Source: Leptonemataceae bacterium (GTDB taxonomy: Bacteria; Spirochaetota; Leptospiria; Leptospirales; Leptonemataceae). Taken from it: DNA of 64,000 nucleotides. Made by a program: the position numbers and the translations under genes. Shown piece after piece: positions 28,310 to 37,807 of the stretch. Positions within the stretch are counted from its first letter, which is position 1. Each line of letters starts with the position of its first letter. Location of the stretch: assembly GCA_965227295.1 (NCBI GenBank), contig OZ245742.1, positions 5,056,001 to 5,120,000 of the forward strand, in the 5' to 3' direction. The notes under the pieces are model-generated. The model saw nothing but the letters and a program-made list of their open reading frames with translations. It did not search any database and had not been told where the DNA came from.

Positions 28310-29929
28310 TCAATCCAGTTCCACTTTTTCGATTTCGAAGCCCTGCACTTCCCCGTCCGGAATTTCTTCGCGGCGTTCTTGCTCGGACTCCTCATCCAGG
28401 TACAGGCGGCGCAGTTCTTCGACGTTCAGATCCTCTTTGCCCTCGGCCTCGATGTCCTCTAAGTCACCGTCCAGGATCTTGCCCGGCAACGTGTTGCCTT
28501 TGTTGCGGCCGTAGCGAAACAAATCGAGAGACCCCGGATCCAGGGCCGCGGCGAACTCCAGTTCGTAGCTCGCAATGATATACGCGGCGATGGCATCGGT
28601 CAAATCTTCCTGGGCCTGCACCAGCTCCACCTCGGACTCCAGAACGTCGGCCCGACGGACCTGACCGGCCTCGTAGCTGGTGCCCAGAATGCGAATCGAC
28701 GCGTACTGGAAGTAGACCCGGCCGTTGCCGATGCGGATGGACTCCCAGGACTCGCGCAAATCGTCGTAGGCGCTGTCCACCTCGATGGCGAGTTGATTGT
28801 TCAGTTGATTGTGCTGCGACAGCGCGTCGGCAAGTGCGGTCTTGCTCTCTAAGATGCGCCGATCGTAACTTAAATCGTCGAAGAACTGGACGTTGGAGTT
28901 CGTGGAGCCGGTGCGGGATTGGCCCTCGTTGCTCACGTCCGCGTTGCTGGAGGTCGAGGTCGTATGCGGTCCCAGCGGAAAGGTCACGCGAAAGTTCACG
29001 CCCCAGGTGTCGTCCCGCAGCGGAAACTTTTCCCCTTCCCGGCCGACGTAACCGCCCACGGAGACCTGGGGAATCCAGGCGTTCTCCGCGATCTCCTTTT
29101 CCTTTTTCAGGCGATGCACGCCGGCGATGGAACGTTTGTACTCCGGGCGTAACGACCGCGCGCGCTGCACGAGCAGATCGCGGTCCACGTCCGGCGGTTT
29201 CAGAAAGTAATCGTAGAACAGGTTGCCCTCAAGTTCCAGATCGATCTCGAAGTCCAGGTTCATGGCCAGTTTCAGCTGATGCAGGGACTGGCGGTACTCG
29301 TTGCGCGCGCGTTCCACGGAGAGTTCGATCTCCCGCAGGCGCGCCGCCACGGTGAGGACCTGTACGCGCGTACCGAAGCCCAGGCGTTCTTCGAGCTGGG
29401 CCTGGCGTAACTGTTCGTGAGCGCGAGCTAAGGACGCGAGGTTCAGTTGAATCTTACCGTAGGCTGCCAGGGCCTGAAGATACGCGCTCTGGATGTCCAG
29501 GCGCAGTTGGTTGTAAGTAATGCGAAAGTCTTCTTTGGTCAACAGGCCGTCGATCTTCGCGAGATCCAGGTCGAGACCGCGCTGGCCGCCGTCGTAAATG
29601 ACCTGCTCGATGGTCACGCGGATTTCGTTGGAGATGATGTCGGTCTCGCTGTCGGCGATGGTGCGGCTGCGATCGAAGGAGAGGCCCAGGGACGGCAAAT
29701 AGGCGCGCCAGCGTTCGGTGATGAGTTCCTTCACCGCCGCCTGACGATAGTCGATGGATTGCAGCACGAACGAGTTCGCCACACCGATGCGTACGGCGGA
29801 GTCCGGGCTCAGCACGAGCTTCTGGCCGGTGTTCGGTCCGGCCGGCAGCGTCCGTCCCGCAAACATGTAGAGGGAGCACAACAGCATGGCAACGGCTCTA
29901 AGGGTCCTATTTTTGTTAAATACTTTCAC
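28310..29929 (-). CDS. tolC: TolC-family outer membrane channel
   Basis: Two OEP repeats: YLPSLGLS...IEQVIYDGG; RPE...WIPQVSV...; YEAGQV...DVLESEVEL..A. Confidence 0.85.
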   Translation of the reverse strand: MKVFNKNRTLRAVAMLLCSLYMFAGRTLPAGPNTGQKLVLSPDSAVRIGVANSFVLQSIDYRQAAVKELITERWRAYLPSLGLSFDRSRTIADSETDIISNEIRVTIEQVIYDGGQRGLDLDLAKIDGLLTKEDFRITYNQLRLDIQSAYLQALAAYGKIQLNLASLARAHEQLRQAQLEERLGFGTRVQVLTVAARLREIELSVERARNEYRQSLHQLKLAMNLDFEIDLELEGNLFYDYFLKPPDVDRDLLVQRARSLRPEYKRSIAGVHRLKKEKEIAENAWIPQVSVGGYVGREGEKFPLRDDTWGVNFRVTFPLGPHTTSTSSNADVSNEGQSRTGSTNSNVQFFDDLSYDRRILESKTALADALSQHNQLNNQLAIEVDSAYDDLRESWESIRIGNGRVYFQYASIRILGTSYEAGQVRRADVLESEVELVQAQEDLTDAIAAYIIASYELEFAAALDPGSLDLFRYGRNKGNTLPGKILDGDLEDIEAEGKEDLNVEELRRLYLDEESEQERREEIPDGEVQGFEIEKVELD

Positions 29930-30139
29930 TCTACCGAACTCGCCCGCTCAGGGCCGCGTCATCGTGTAAGTCGCTCTCGTTCGGTCCGATTCGTTAGTCT
30001 TTATTATATAGTTGCGAATCTAGATGTTTATCGACGCCGGTTTTTCTAAAATTTATAAAGCATCTTCCGCTTTTTTTTATTGATAAAGGCATGCAGCGTT
30101 GAATTCTTTCATGTGCCCGCTCAAGTTCGCCCTTCTCGC

Positions 30140-30775
30140 ATGCCGTCATTCATTTTGGGGATGTGCCTCGTCGCATCCGTTTGCATGACGGGCTGCGATA
30201 ATGCGGAATCGCCGGCCGTCAGGGAAAAAATGAGCCAGGCGTTGACGTTCTACCGGGAGCGGCAACTCGACGGCGCGCTGAGGTTAAGCCGGGAAGTCCT
30301 CGACGATCATCCGGAGCATCATCCCGCGCTGCTTTTGGCCGCGCGCATTGCACTCTACCAGGGCCGCTACGAAGACGCCGGTCGATTCGCGGAACGCATC
30401 CTCGACGATCGTCCGGATCATTGCGGCGCGCTGTTACTGCGTGCGCGGACTCTGCTGCACGGCGAAGAGGCCGAGCCCGCCGCGGCCCTCGCGCTGTTGG
30501 AACACGTCGTCGAGATGGACTCCGGTCATGCCGAGGCCTGGTATCTGCGCGGCCTGGCGTTGGAACGTCTGGAGCGACTGCCGGACGCCATTACATCGTA
30601 CCGCACGGCGGCCGCGGCCGGCCGGCGACTCGCGGCGGCGCACGTGCGCCTGGCCGATCTATATAAAAACGCGAAGCTGGACCGCGAGGCGCAGTACCAC
30701 GCCGGCATCGCCCGCATCATCGGCGGCGGCGCACCGGCCGAAACGGGCGCCGGCGAGTCCGAAGAGACGGAATGA
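30140..30775 (+). CDS. TPR lipoprotein (paralog group B)
   Basis: Likely start MPSFILG at 30140; lipobox MTGC; TPR helices; paralog of 22109..22747. Confidence 0.85.
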   Translation: MPSFILGMCLVASVCMTGCDNAESPAVREKMSQALTFYRERQLDGALRLSREVLDDHPEHHPALLLAARIALYQGRYEDAGRFAERILDDRPDHCGALLLRARTLLHGEEAEPAAALALLEHVVEMDSGHAEAWYLRGLALERLERLPDAITSYRTAAAAGRRLAAAHVRLADLYKNAKLDREAQYHAGIARIIGGGAPAETGAGESEETE

Positions 30776-31419
30776 TGCTGACTTCGCTCTGGAATCACTT
30801 ACGTGCGCTCGTTCGCGGCGCCGTCTCGCCGCGACCCTACTTTGCCCACGTCGCCCCGGAAGCCCTGCCCGCTCCGGCCTTCGGCGGCATGTTGCTGTTG
30901 ATGATCTTCGCGGCGCTGTTGATTTTGACCGCCGCGCTGCTGGGCGCCGGGAATTTTTCCGCGGCCGTCGATGAGTTCGCCGCGCGCTATAACTTAACGG
31001 ACAATGACCTGCCCGAAGACATCGACGCGCCCCTGTCGCTGCCGTACGAGTTTCCGTTGATCTGGGCCGCCTTAATTGTATTTCTCGGTACGTTACGTTT
31101 TCTTTTTCTTACGATCCTGGGCGACCGGCGCTCGTTTAAGTCCACCCTGGCGCTGGCGTGTTACAGCTCGGCGCCGTTGATCGTCGTCGGCCTCTCCGCG
31201 GCCGTGCTGGAATACTTGTTTCCCTCCGGCGGCGAGTTCCATGCGGCTCAGGTCGGCCGGTTGCTCGTGGTGACCGCGGCGGTGATCTTCGCCTGGTTCT
31301 GGGAAGGTTTTGTCACGGTAACCGCGTATGGGCGCGTGTTTGATTTGTTCGTCGGACGCGGATTACTGGTGTGGCTGTTTCCGTGGTTTGTTTTGTTTGT
31401 CGGGGCGTGGTTGTTTTAG
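30772..31419 (+). CDS. Yip1-like multi-pass membrane protein
   Basis: About 5 TM segments; overlaps the upstream stop (ATGA); similar to 59670..60341 (PL.W...G..R.L.L..G, PL..G, WE...AY...GR..L...P.F). Confidence 0.65.
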   Translation: MMLTSLWNHLRALVRGAVSPRPYFAHVAPEALPAPAFGGMLLLMIFAALLILTAALLGAGNFSAAVDEFAARYNLTDNDLPEDIDAPLSLPYEFPLIWAALIVFLGTLRFLFLTILGDRRSFKSTLALACYSSAPLIVVGLSAAVLEYLFPSGGEFHAAQVGRLLVVTAAVIFAWFWEGFVTVTAYGRVFDLFVGRGLLVWLFPWFVLFVGAWLF

Positions 31420-31453
31420 ATCAGGATGTCCGTCGAGGATCGGCCGACGACCG

Positions 31454-34400
31454 TCAATCCTCATAGTCACCTCGTGCTTTGGCCCGGCGCCTGAGTTCAT
31501 CCGCCTCCTGGCGCAAGCGTTCTTCGCGAGGCTGCGGCGGTAGTTTCTTCCATTTGGCAAGGTCTTCATTCTTCTTAATGTATTCTTCGCGTTGCTTCTG
31601 TCGTACGAGTTCTCGTTCGCGTGCGACCTGCGCTTCGTGTCGGCGGCGGGCCTCCGCAATCGCCCTCGCCTCGTTGCGCTGCCGTAGGATTTCCGCTTCC
31701 CGGCGCAGGCGTTCCCCATACGAAGCCGGCGGATTTTGGGCCATTTGCTGCCGGGCGTAGGCCTTGTCCGCCGCGACCTGCCGCTCACGTTGTTCCCGGG
31801 CCGCCTGAATACGCGCGGCTTCCTGGGCTTCTTGCCGGTATTTTCTTTCGAGGTCGTCGGCCGTAGTCGCGCAACCGTAGCAATCCATCGTAATCGTATG
31901 TGAGTCCACGCGCTTAACGTTGTCGGTTCGGTCGTAATCGATCGCACCGAAATCCAGGTAATGCGTCGTGGACTCTTCCTTGTGCAGGTAACGAACGCCC
32001 GAGAGTGGCGGGCCGTTGGCAACGCGATTCAAGATGCCGCCGATCGAAGTGCGCCACTCGACTTCGTGTTTCACCCGCGAAGCAGTCGAATAGTCCGCTC
32101 GAATGGTTTTTTCCGTTCTGTCCGCGAGACCGAAAAGATCAAGGGTCCACCCGGTGATGGTTCCTTCCGACCCGACCCCGCCGAGCAGGCCCGCACCCAG
32201 GCCGTAGAAACTACCGGTCGGTCCACCTTCGAATTCGTGATTGCCCGTCGTAACGTTGTAGGCGTAATCCACCCGACCACCGAACGGCCCGCGAGACGCA
32301 CCAATGCCGCCGAATTGTTCGATCTCGGTCTGCCCTTCCGAATTGACATAGTAGCGCACACCGCCGGTCAGACCGCCGGCCCAGTTCGGGTTGATGTCGC
32401 CGTTCATGCCGGCGAGACCGTCAACTTCAATGCCGTTCCATACTGTCTTGCTGTACAGGGGAGCGATGCGCCAGTTCTCTTCTTGATTGAGGACCAGGTC
32501 CATGGGCGGCAGGAGACGATCAGGGGAATACAGATGTAGCAGATTCGAGTTCGGGGGAAGCAGCAACACCTGGCCGTCGGGCCCCTTCAAGGGTTCGCCG
32601 TCCGGGCCCACGATCGTCTCATAGAGCTGTCCGTCCTTCTCCACCAGAAATATGCCTTCCTTCTCACGCAGGCGTCTGCGTCGTTCCGCCTCGGCCCTGG
32701 TTCTCAGTACGTGATCGGTCTTGCGGATGGTCAGGGTGATGGGATTGCCCCTGTCTTCTTGAGGATAATTATGCACGAGCACGTCCACATCACTCACAAA
32801 GTATGTGTGCGTGTCTTCGACTTCGATGTTGTACACGACATCATCGCGCCACTCCCGGCTCACACTGGCAATCTCCGCGGCGCTGCTGCCCGTGGCGCTC
32901 GCCAGCATGGATCCGTCGACCGCCGAAGACGCACTGTAGGAAAGTTGCCCGGCCTGCAGTTCGCGCACTTCGGTCCAACCCCGGCCCGCGATGTAGAACG
33001 GATGATTGAACGTGGTCTCGATCACCGGGCCGCCGTCGTCGTAGGCGACCGTGTAGATGAGATTCGTTCGGTGCACGAAGGTCTCGGTCACGGTTTTGTA
33101 CGATACACGCTGCGTCTGCTCGTCCCAGCTTAAGACACGATCGCCGACACTTACGTCTTCGATCTTTTTGTACCACTTGCCGTCCAGTTGAAACGCGCCT
33201 TCGGCATTCGGAGCCGTGCGCACCAGGGTGCCCGCAACGAAACACGTGTTGTATACGAACTCACCGTTCTGCGTATCCAGCATGCCGTCGGCCGTGCTGT
33301 AGGTTCCGCCGATCCACTTCACGGCGTCGCCGATGGCTCCGGTGAACTTATCCCAGGTCGTCTCCCGGGACTCGCCGGAGTCCCCGCTCGCCAGAAGGTT
33401 CTTCGCGTAAGTCGCCGTATGCCAGAGCGACGGATCTTCCCGCAGCAACTCAGCCTGCTCCGGCGTCAGCTTGCCCTGATGTACCATGCGATCGATATAG
33501 CGATCCTGCGCAATGGCGCGGTTTTCCTTACTGTTCCGATCCCGGAGTCGATAGAACTCTTCCAGTTCTTCCTGAGTGGCCTCTTCGGGACGATTCAGGA
33601 ACTTGTCCTCCAGGAATGCCAGACGATCCGCCATGGCCTGTTCCTTTTCACTCTGCGTTTGAAAATCGAAATCCAGGCTGATGTCGTTCGAATGCCCGGA
33701 ATACTGGCCGTTCGCGTCGACGTTTACCGTGAGCGTATTGCCCGCCGAGTAGCTGTTCAGCCCGATGCCGTACTTATCTTCCTCGCCCACCGAGTTGATG
33801 AACTGCGCGCTCTTGCTGCCGTCGGAGTTCAACGTCAACCCGAGACCGGCCGTATGCGTGGCCGAAGCGCCTTCAACCTGTTTGCCGTCCCGATAGCGAT
33901 CCACCTTCGTTTTGTACGTAAGCTGCGCGCTGATGCTGTTGTTCCCGTCCGGCGAAAAGTTCGCGCTCATGCTGCCGCCGAAGCCGCTGTCCGTGTTGTA
34001 CGATGCGCTCAGCGATCCGCCGGTGTAGCCGCCGTCCGCGCCGAAATTCATGCTTGCGTTGAGACCGTAGCCGTCGTCGCTTTGCAGGCCCGCGTTGACG
34101 CTGGCGCCGGTATAGCCCTGGCCTTCTTGAAAGTTCAGACTGCCGCCGAGGCTGAGTCCCGGCACCGGCGCCCCCGCAATCGGGATGCTACCGCTGATCG
34201 AACCGCCGAAGCCGGTATCGGAATCGTACGAAAGATTCACGCTGACGCCGGCCTTCGACGTGTAATGGTTGATCACCGACGACACGCCCGAAGCCGCCGC
34301 GGCCTTCAAAATATCTTCGCTGCTGTCACCTTTTAGATAGCCCTTGTAACCCTGTTTCGCCGCCATGTAACCGGCGAACGCGGCCGTGCCCCAGCCGGTG

Positions 34401-37400
34401 CCCACCGCCGCGGCCCCGGCCACGGTCTCGCCGGCCTGCACGGCCATGGCGAGCTCCGGATTGTGATCGGCGTTGCGCCACACGTAGGTAGCGCCGCCGG
34501 TCGCGAAGTCTTCCGGCTTCGGCTGCGCCGCTTCCTTCGCGGCTAACTTCTTGTTTTTGTCGGCGATGGTCGTGCGCTTGAGGAAACCGGCGAGCCCCGG
34601 AATGCCCGTGGCCTCTTCCATCTTCTCGGCCATGAGTTCGTCGGTGTAGGATTGAAACGCGGCCTTCATGCTGTCGCCGCCGAAGTCGACCTTGCCGCCG
34701 GAGACCATACCGCTGATGAAACCCGCCGGCAGCCCCGTGGCCTTGACGATCCCCTGAGTTATGACGTTGTCCGTTTCGGTCTTGATGTAATCCTTGACGG
34801 CCTCCTGCGCGGTCATGCCGCCCATGATCGAAGTAAAGATGCCCGCCGGAAAACCGGTGACCTCGGCGACGTGCGCGGCGGCCTGATTCTGTACTTCCTG
34901 CGCGACGGCCTCCTGAAAAGAAATGCCGCCGGAGAACATGGCCGTTGCCAGGGACTGCAAGAGTGAGCCGAACTTCTTCTTGCGTTTCTTCGCGGCAATC
35001 TTATCGCCCACGTCTTTTTGGTACGCGTGGTAGTTGTCGACGGCAGTTTGATTGGCCGCCTCGAGCTGTTGCAGCACGCCTTCGAACTTCGCATCCAGCA
35101 GCGCCTGGTTTTCTTCGCGGTTCTTTTCGTGCTCGGCCAGGACCTCGTCGGTATCCCAAAAGTCGAAGATGCTGCCCGTGTCCACGAGCTTCGCGGGCGG
35201 CGGCGGTGCGATGTTCAGCGACTGATCCGCATACTCGGCCTCGTAGTCCTGTCTCGACAGACCACCGGTACCGGCGATCTGCCGCGCCTTGCCGCTGTAA
35301 ATGCTACGCGCGGCGTTGATCATCCCGTCGGCGCCGATCTCCGCCTGGAAGCCGTCGATGGAAATGTAGTCATCGCCTTCGACGCGGGATTGATTCTGCG
35401 AAAGCAAGTCAATGATGCGCTCGCTGTTCTGCCGGCGTTCTTCGATTACGCGATTGTTCAGTTCGGATTGCAAGCCCAGTTGCGCGATGCCGCGGCCGGC
35501 GTTTTCGAAACTCTTCGCCACGCCGGACAATAACGAAAAGTCCGGGACGTCGCTTTCGCGATTCAGCAGATCAACGGTTTTCTCCAGTTCCTGTCCGAAA
35601 CTGCCGCCGGCCGCCGCGGCAATTTCCAGGGCAGCGGCGTTCTTACCGGAGAGCGAGGCCGGTGCCGGCGCTTCGGCCTTGCCCTGGACCACGGCCTGCC
35701 ATTGCGTGCGACCGTCGCGGTACTCGTCCTGCATGCCGGCGTACCACTTGCTGCGTTGTTGAATGATTTCCGAGACGGCTTTGTCGTACGTGACCTGCGC
35801 CGCGGCCTGTTGGTGCGCGGCCTCCGCCTGCCACGCCGCGTAGTCCGCTTCGAAGACGGCGACCTGGGTTTCCCAGGTCTGGATCGCCGGCAGAATGTCA
35901 TCCAGCCAATGCGATACGACGGGATCCAAATCGTTAACGTACCCCTGCCAGATGTCAGCGTTATGCCGGGCGTTGGCGTCCTCCCACTGGTAGCTGAACG
36001 TGATCGTGAGCAGGCGTTCGAGAACATTGTACGTGATTTCACCTTCCGACTCGTGTTCGTTCAGACAGTCCTCACCGCCGCAGGACCAGGTGTAGTACGC
36101 GTACGTATGATCCACGATAAATGCCAGGTCGCCCATACTGGCATAGTGGGCATGACCGTGTTCCTCTCGAACCCCGGTGTTGCGGCAATAATCATCAATC
36201 GGCGCCTGTGGACTGCATCCGCCGATGCCGTAGTACGGGCCGTAGGTTTGGACCAGGCTGCCGACTCCGATGATGTCGGCGGACAGAATGCCCGTGATAT
36301 CGTGCTGCGGATTGCCGAGGGACGCCTGAAAGGAATCCGCGATGGCATTCAGCTCGGGAGCGCTCTGACCCGCGAGAAATCGAACCACCGCATTGACCGT
36401 ACCGGTCTGCTTCAGGACCGCGATGACCGCGTTCGTCGCGGCATTAATGCCGGCCGGCGTAATGCCGAGGACGTCCCGGGGAGCCGCAAGCCCTTTGTTG
36501 GGCGCTTCGGCGTCGTGCACCCCGGCCATTTCATACGGGTCCGCGGTTTTGCGCCAGTCGTCGAAAGATAACTGCAAGTAATTCGGTGTTGCGTCATCGT
36601 ACGCTTGATACGCTGCGGCCAGGTACGTGTTCAGCGCCGCATCCGTAGACATGTTCGTCGAGTAACTGTTCGTCCCCGTACTCTGATTCACCCAGTTCTG
36701 ATACTGCTGCTGCGCGTACGTGCGGCGCTGATCGAGGGCCGTGTACATCGTACTTGCGAGCACCGACAGCGGCTGGTCCTGGTCGAGGCCGTCGTTAAGT
36801 TGGTCGATGATGGCCTGCATGTCCGTCGCCGCCGCGGTGGGACTGCCGTAATCAATGGAGCAGTTGTTCTGGCCGTCGCAGTTCCACTGATAGAAGACGC
36901 CCGACGTATCCAGGTAATTCTGCATGAAGTCCGTCGCGGTGCGAATGCCTGCGCGCACCGTGTTTTCGTAGGCGTCGATCTGCGCCTGGATCGCCGCAAA
37001 CTCGGCTTCCCTCTCCGCGAGCGCGCCGTTCGCCGCGTCATACTGTCCCTGCAATTGCGCGAGCGCGGTCTGAAACTGATACATGCCGTCGGAGAACGTA
37101 GCCTGGAAATCCTGTTCCCAGGCCTGGTACTCGCGTTCGATGTCCTGGGCCGTCGTATCTTCCCGGTTCGCCTCCGCGCGCCCGGCCGCGACGCTATCCT
37201 CGGATTCCTCGGCCGCCGCGCGTTCCTTCTCTTCGCTGAGGTCCGTTAAGAACGCCACACGCTGCTGATCGATTTCCAGGTTGGCCGCGGCCTCCCACAC
37301 CGCGAACTGCGACTGCTTCTGCAATTGCAGCTCACCCCTTAAGTAATCACGATATTCAGCTACGGTGTTGAAGTGATCGGACTGCCCCACCGCGCCGACG

Positions 37401-37699
37401 TAGGCCTCGATCTCCGCGTCGATGCTCGCTTCCCATCCCGCGGCGAGGACGAACTTGCCCTGCTTGATGATGTACTCCCAATCCGCCTGGGAACGAGAAG
37501 CCCCGGCGTAGTTGAAGTAAGGGTCCAGTGCGCCCGATTCGTAAGAGTAGGATCCGCTGAGAGTGGGAACGGATACCGGCTGAGCGTGGACCGGAACATA
37601 GGGGCCGACGAAGGCGGCGAGCAACGCAGCAACGAGTACGGCCCCCGTCACCTTTGTTACAATTTCGTGTCTGATGCATTTCCAGCGCAACGTTCTCAT
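31454..37699 (-). CDS. Giant secreted polymorphic protein 3 (TIGR04388-like, subfamily B) with Hint domain and unknown C-terminus
   Basis: Signal peptide VHA-QPV; DHFNTVAEYRDYLRGEL; Hint CFVAGTLV...YNIEVEDTHTYFV...VLVHN. Confidence 0.85.
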   Translation of the reverse strand: MRTLRWKCIRHEIVTKVTGAVLVAALLAAFVGPYVPVHAQPVSVPTLSGSYSYESGALDPYFNYAGASRSQADWEYIIKQGKFVLAAGWEASIDAEIEAYVGAVGQSDHFNTVAEYRDYLRGELQLQKQSQFAVWEAAANLEIDQQRVAFLTDLSEEKERAAAEESEDSVAAGRAEANREDTTAQDIEREYQAWEQDFQATFSDGMYQFQTALAQLQGQYDAANGALAEREAEFAAIQAQIDAYENTVRAGIRTATDFMQNYLDTSGVFYQWNCDGQNNCSIDYGSPTAAATDMQAIIDQLNDGLDQDQPLSVLASTMYTALDQRRTYAQQQYQNWVNQSTGTNSYSTNMSTDAALNTYLAAAYQAYDDATPNYLQLSFDDWRKTADPYEMAGVHDAEAPNKGLAAPRDVLGITPAGINAATNAVIAVLKQTGTVNAVVRFLAGQSAPELNAIADSFQASLGNPQHDITGILSADIIGVGSLVQTYGPYYGIGGCSPQAPIDDYCRNTGVREEHGHAHYASMGDLAFIVDHTYAYYTWSCGGEDCLNEHESEGEITYNVLERLLTITFSYQWEDANARHNADIWQGYVNDLDPVVSHWLDDILPAIQTWETQVAVFEADYAAWQAEAAHQQAAAQVTYDKAVSEIIQQRSKWYAGMQDEYRDGRTQWQAVVQGKAEAPAPASLSGKNAAALEIAAAAGGSFGQELEKTVDLLNRESDVPDFSLLSGVAKSFENAGRGIAQLGLQSELNNRVIEERRQNSERIIDLLSQNQSRVEGDDYISIDGFQAEIGADGMINAARSIYSGKARQIAGTGGLSRQDYEAEYADQSLNIAPPPPAKLVDTGSIFDFWDTDEVLAEHEKNREENQALLDAKFEGVLQQLEAANQTAVDNYHAYQKDVGDKIAAKKRKKKFGSLLQSLATAMFSGGISFQEAVAQEVQNQAAAHVAEVTGFPAGIFTSIMGGMTAQEAVKDYIKTETDNVITQGIVKATGLPAGFISGMVSGGKVDFGGDSMKAAFQSYTDELMAEKMEEATGIPGLAGFLKRTTIADKNKKLAAKEAAQPKPEDFATGGATYVWRNADHNPELAMAVQAGETVAGAAAVGTGWGTAAFAGYMAAKQGYKGYLKGDSSEDILKAAAASGVSSVINHYTSKAGVSVNLSYDSDTGFGGSISGSIPIAGAPVPGLSLGGSLNFQEGQGYTGASVNAGLQSDDGYGLNASMNFGADGGYTGGSLSASYNTDSGFGGSMSANFSPDGNNSISAQLTYKTKVDRYRDGKQVEGASATHTAGLGLTLNSDGSKSAQFINSVGEEDKYGIGLNSYSAGNTLTVNVDANGQYSGHSNDISLDFDFQTQSEKEQAMADRLAFLEDKFLNRPEEATQEELEEFYRLRDRNSKENRAIAQDRYIDRMVHQGKLTPEQAELLREDPSLWHTATYAKNLLASGDSGESRETTWDKFTGAIGDAVKWIGGTYSTADGMLDTQNGEFVYNTCFVAGTLVRTAPNAEGAFQLDGKWYKKIEDVSVGDRVLSWDEQTQRVSYKTVTETFVHRTNLIYTVAYDDGGPVIETTFNHPFYIAGRGWTEVRELQAGQLSYSASSAVDGSMLASATGSSAAEIASVSREWRDDVVYNIEVEDTHTYFVSDVDVLVHNYPQEDRGNPITLTIRKTDHVLRTRAEAERRRRLREKEGIFLVEKDGQLYETIVGPDGEPLKGPDGQVLLLPPNSNLLHLYSPDRLLPPMDLVLNQEENWRIAPLYSKTVWNGIEVDGLAGMNGDINPNWAGGLTGGVRYYVNSEGQTEIEQFGGIGASRGPFGGRVDYAYNVTTGNHEFEGGPTGSFYGLGAGLLGGVGSEGTITGWTLDLFGLADRTEKTIRADYSTASRVKHEVEWRTSIGGILNRVANGPPLSGVRYLHKEESTTHYLDFGAIDYDRTDNVKRVDSHTITMDCYGCATTADDLERKYRQEAQEAARIQAAREQRERQVAADKAYARQQMAQNPPASYGERLRREAEILRQRNEARAIAEARRRHEAQVARERELVRQKQREEYIKKNEDLAKWKKLPPQPREERLRQEADELRRRAKARGDYED
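32768..33244 (-). other. Polymorphic-toxin-type Hint (autoprocessing) domain in protein 3
   Basis: C1 CFVAGT, TTFNHPFY block B, terminal VHN followed by Tyr. Confidence 0.9.
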
Positions 37700-37807
37700 T
37701 CGCCCACCTCGATCATACTCGCCTTAGCGTTTACGTGGTGACTGTATATTATATTTAGTTTACGGATCTACCATCTGGATCCAAATGGAATAGAATATCG
37801 ACGGTGA

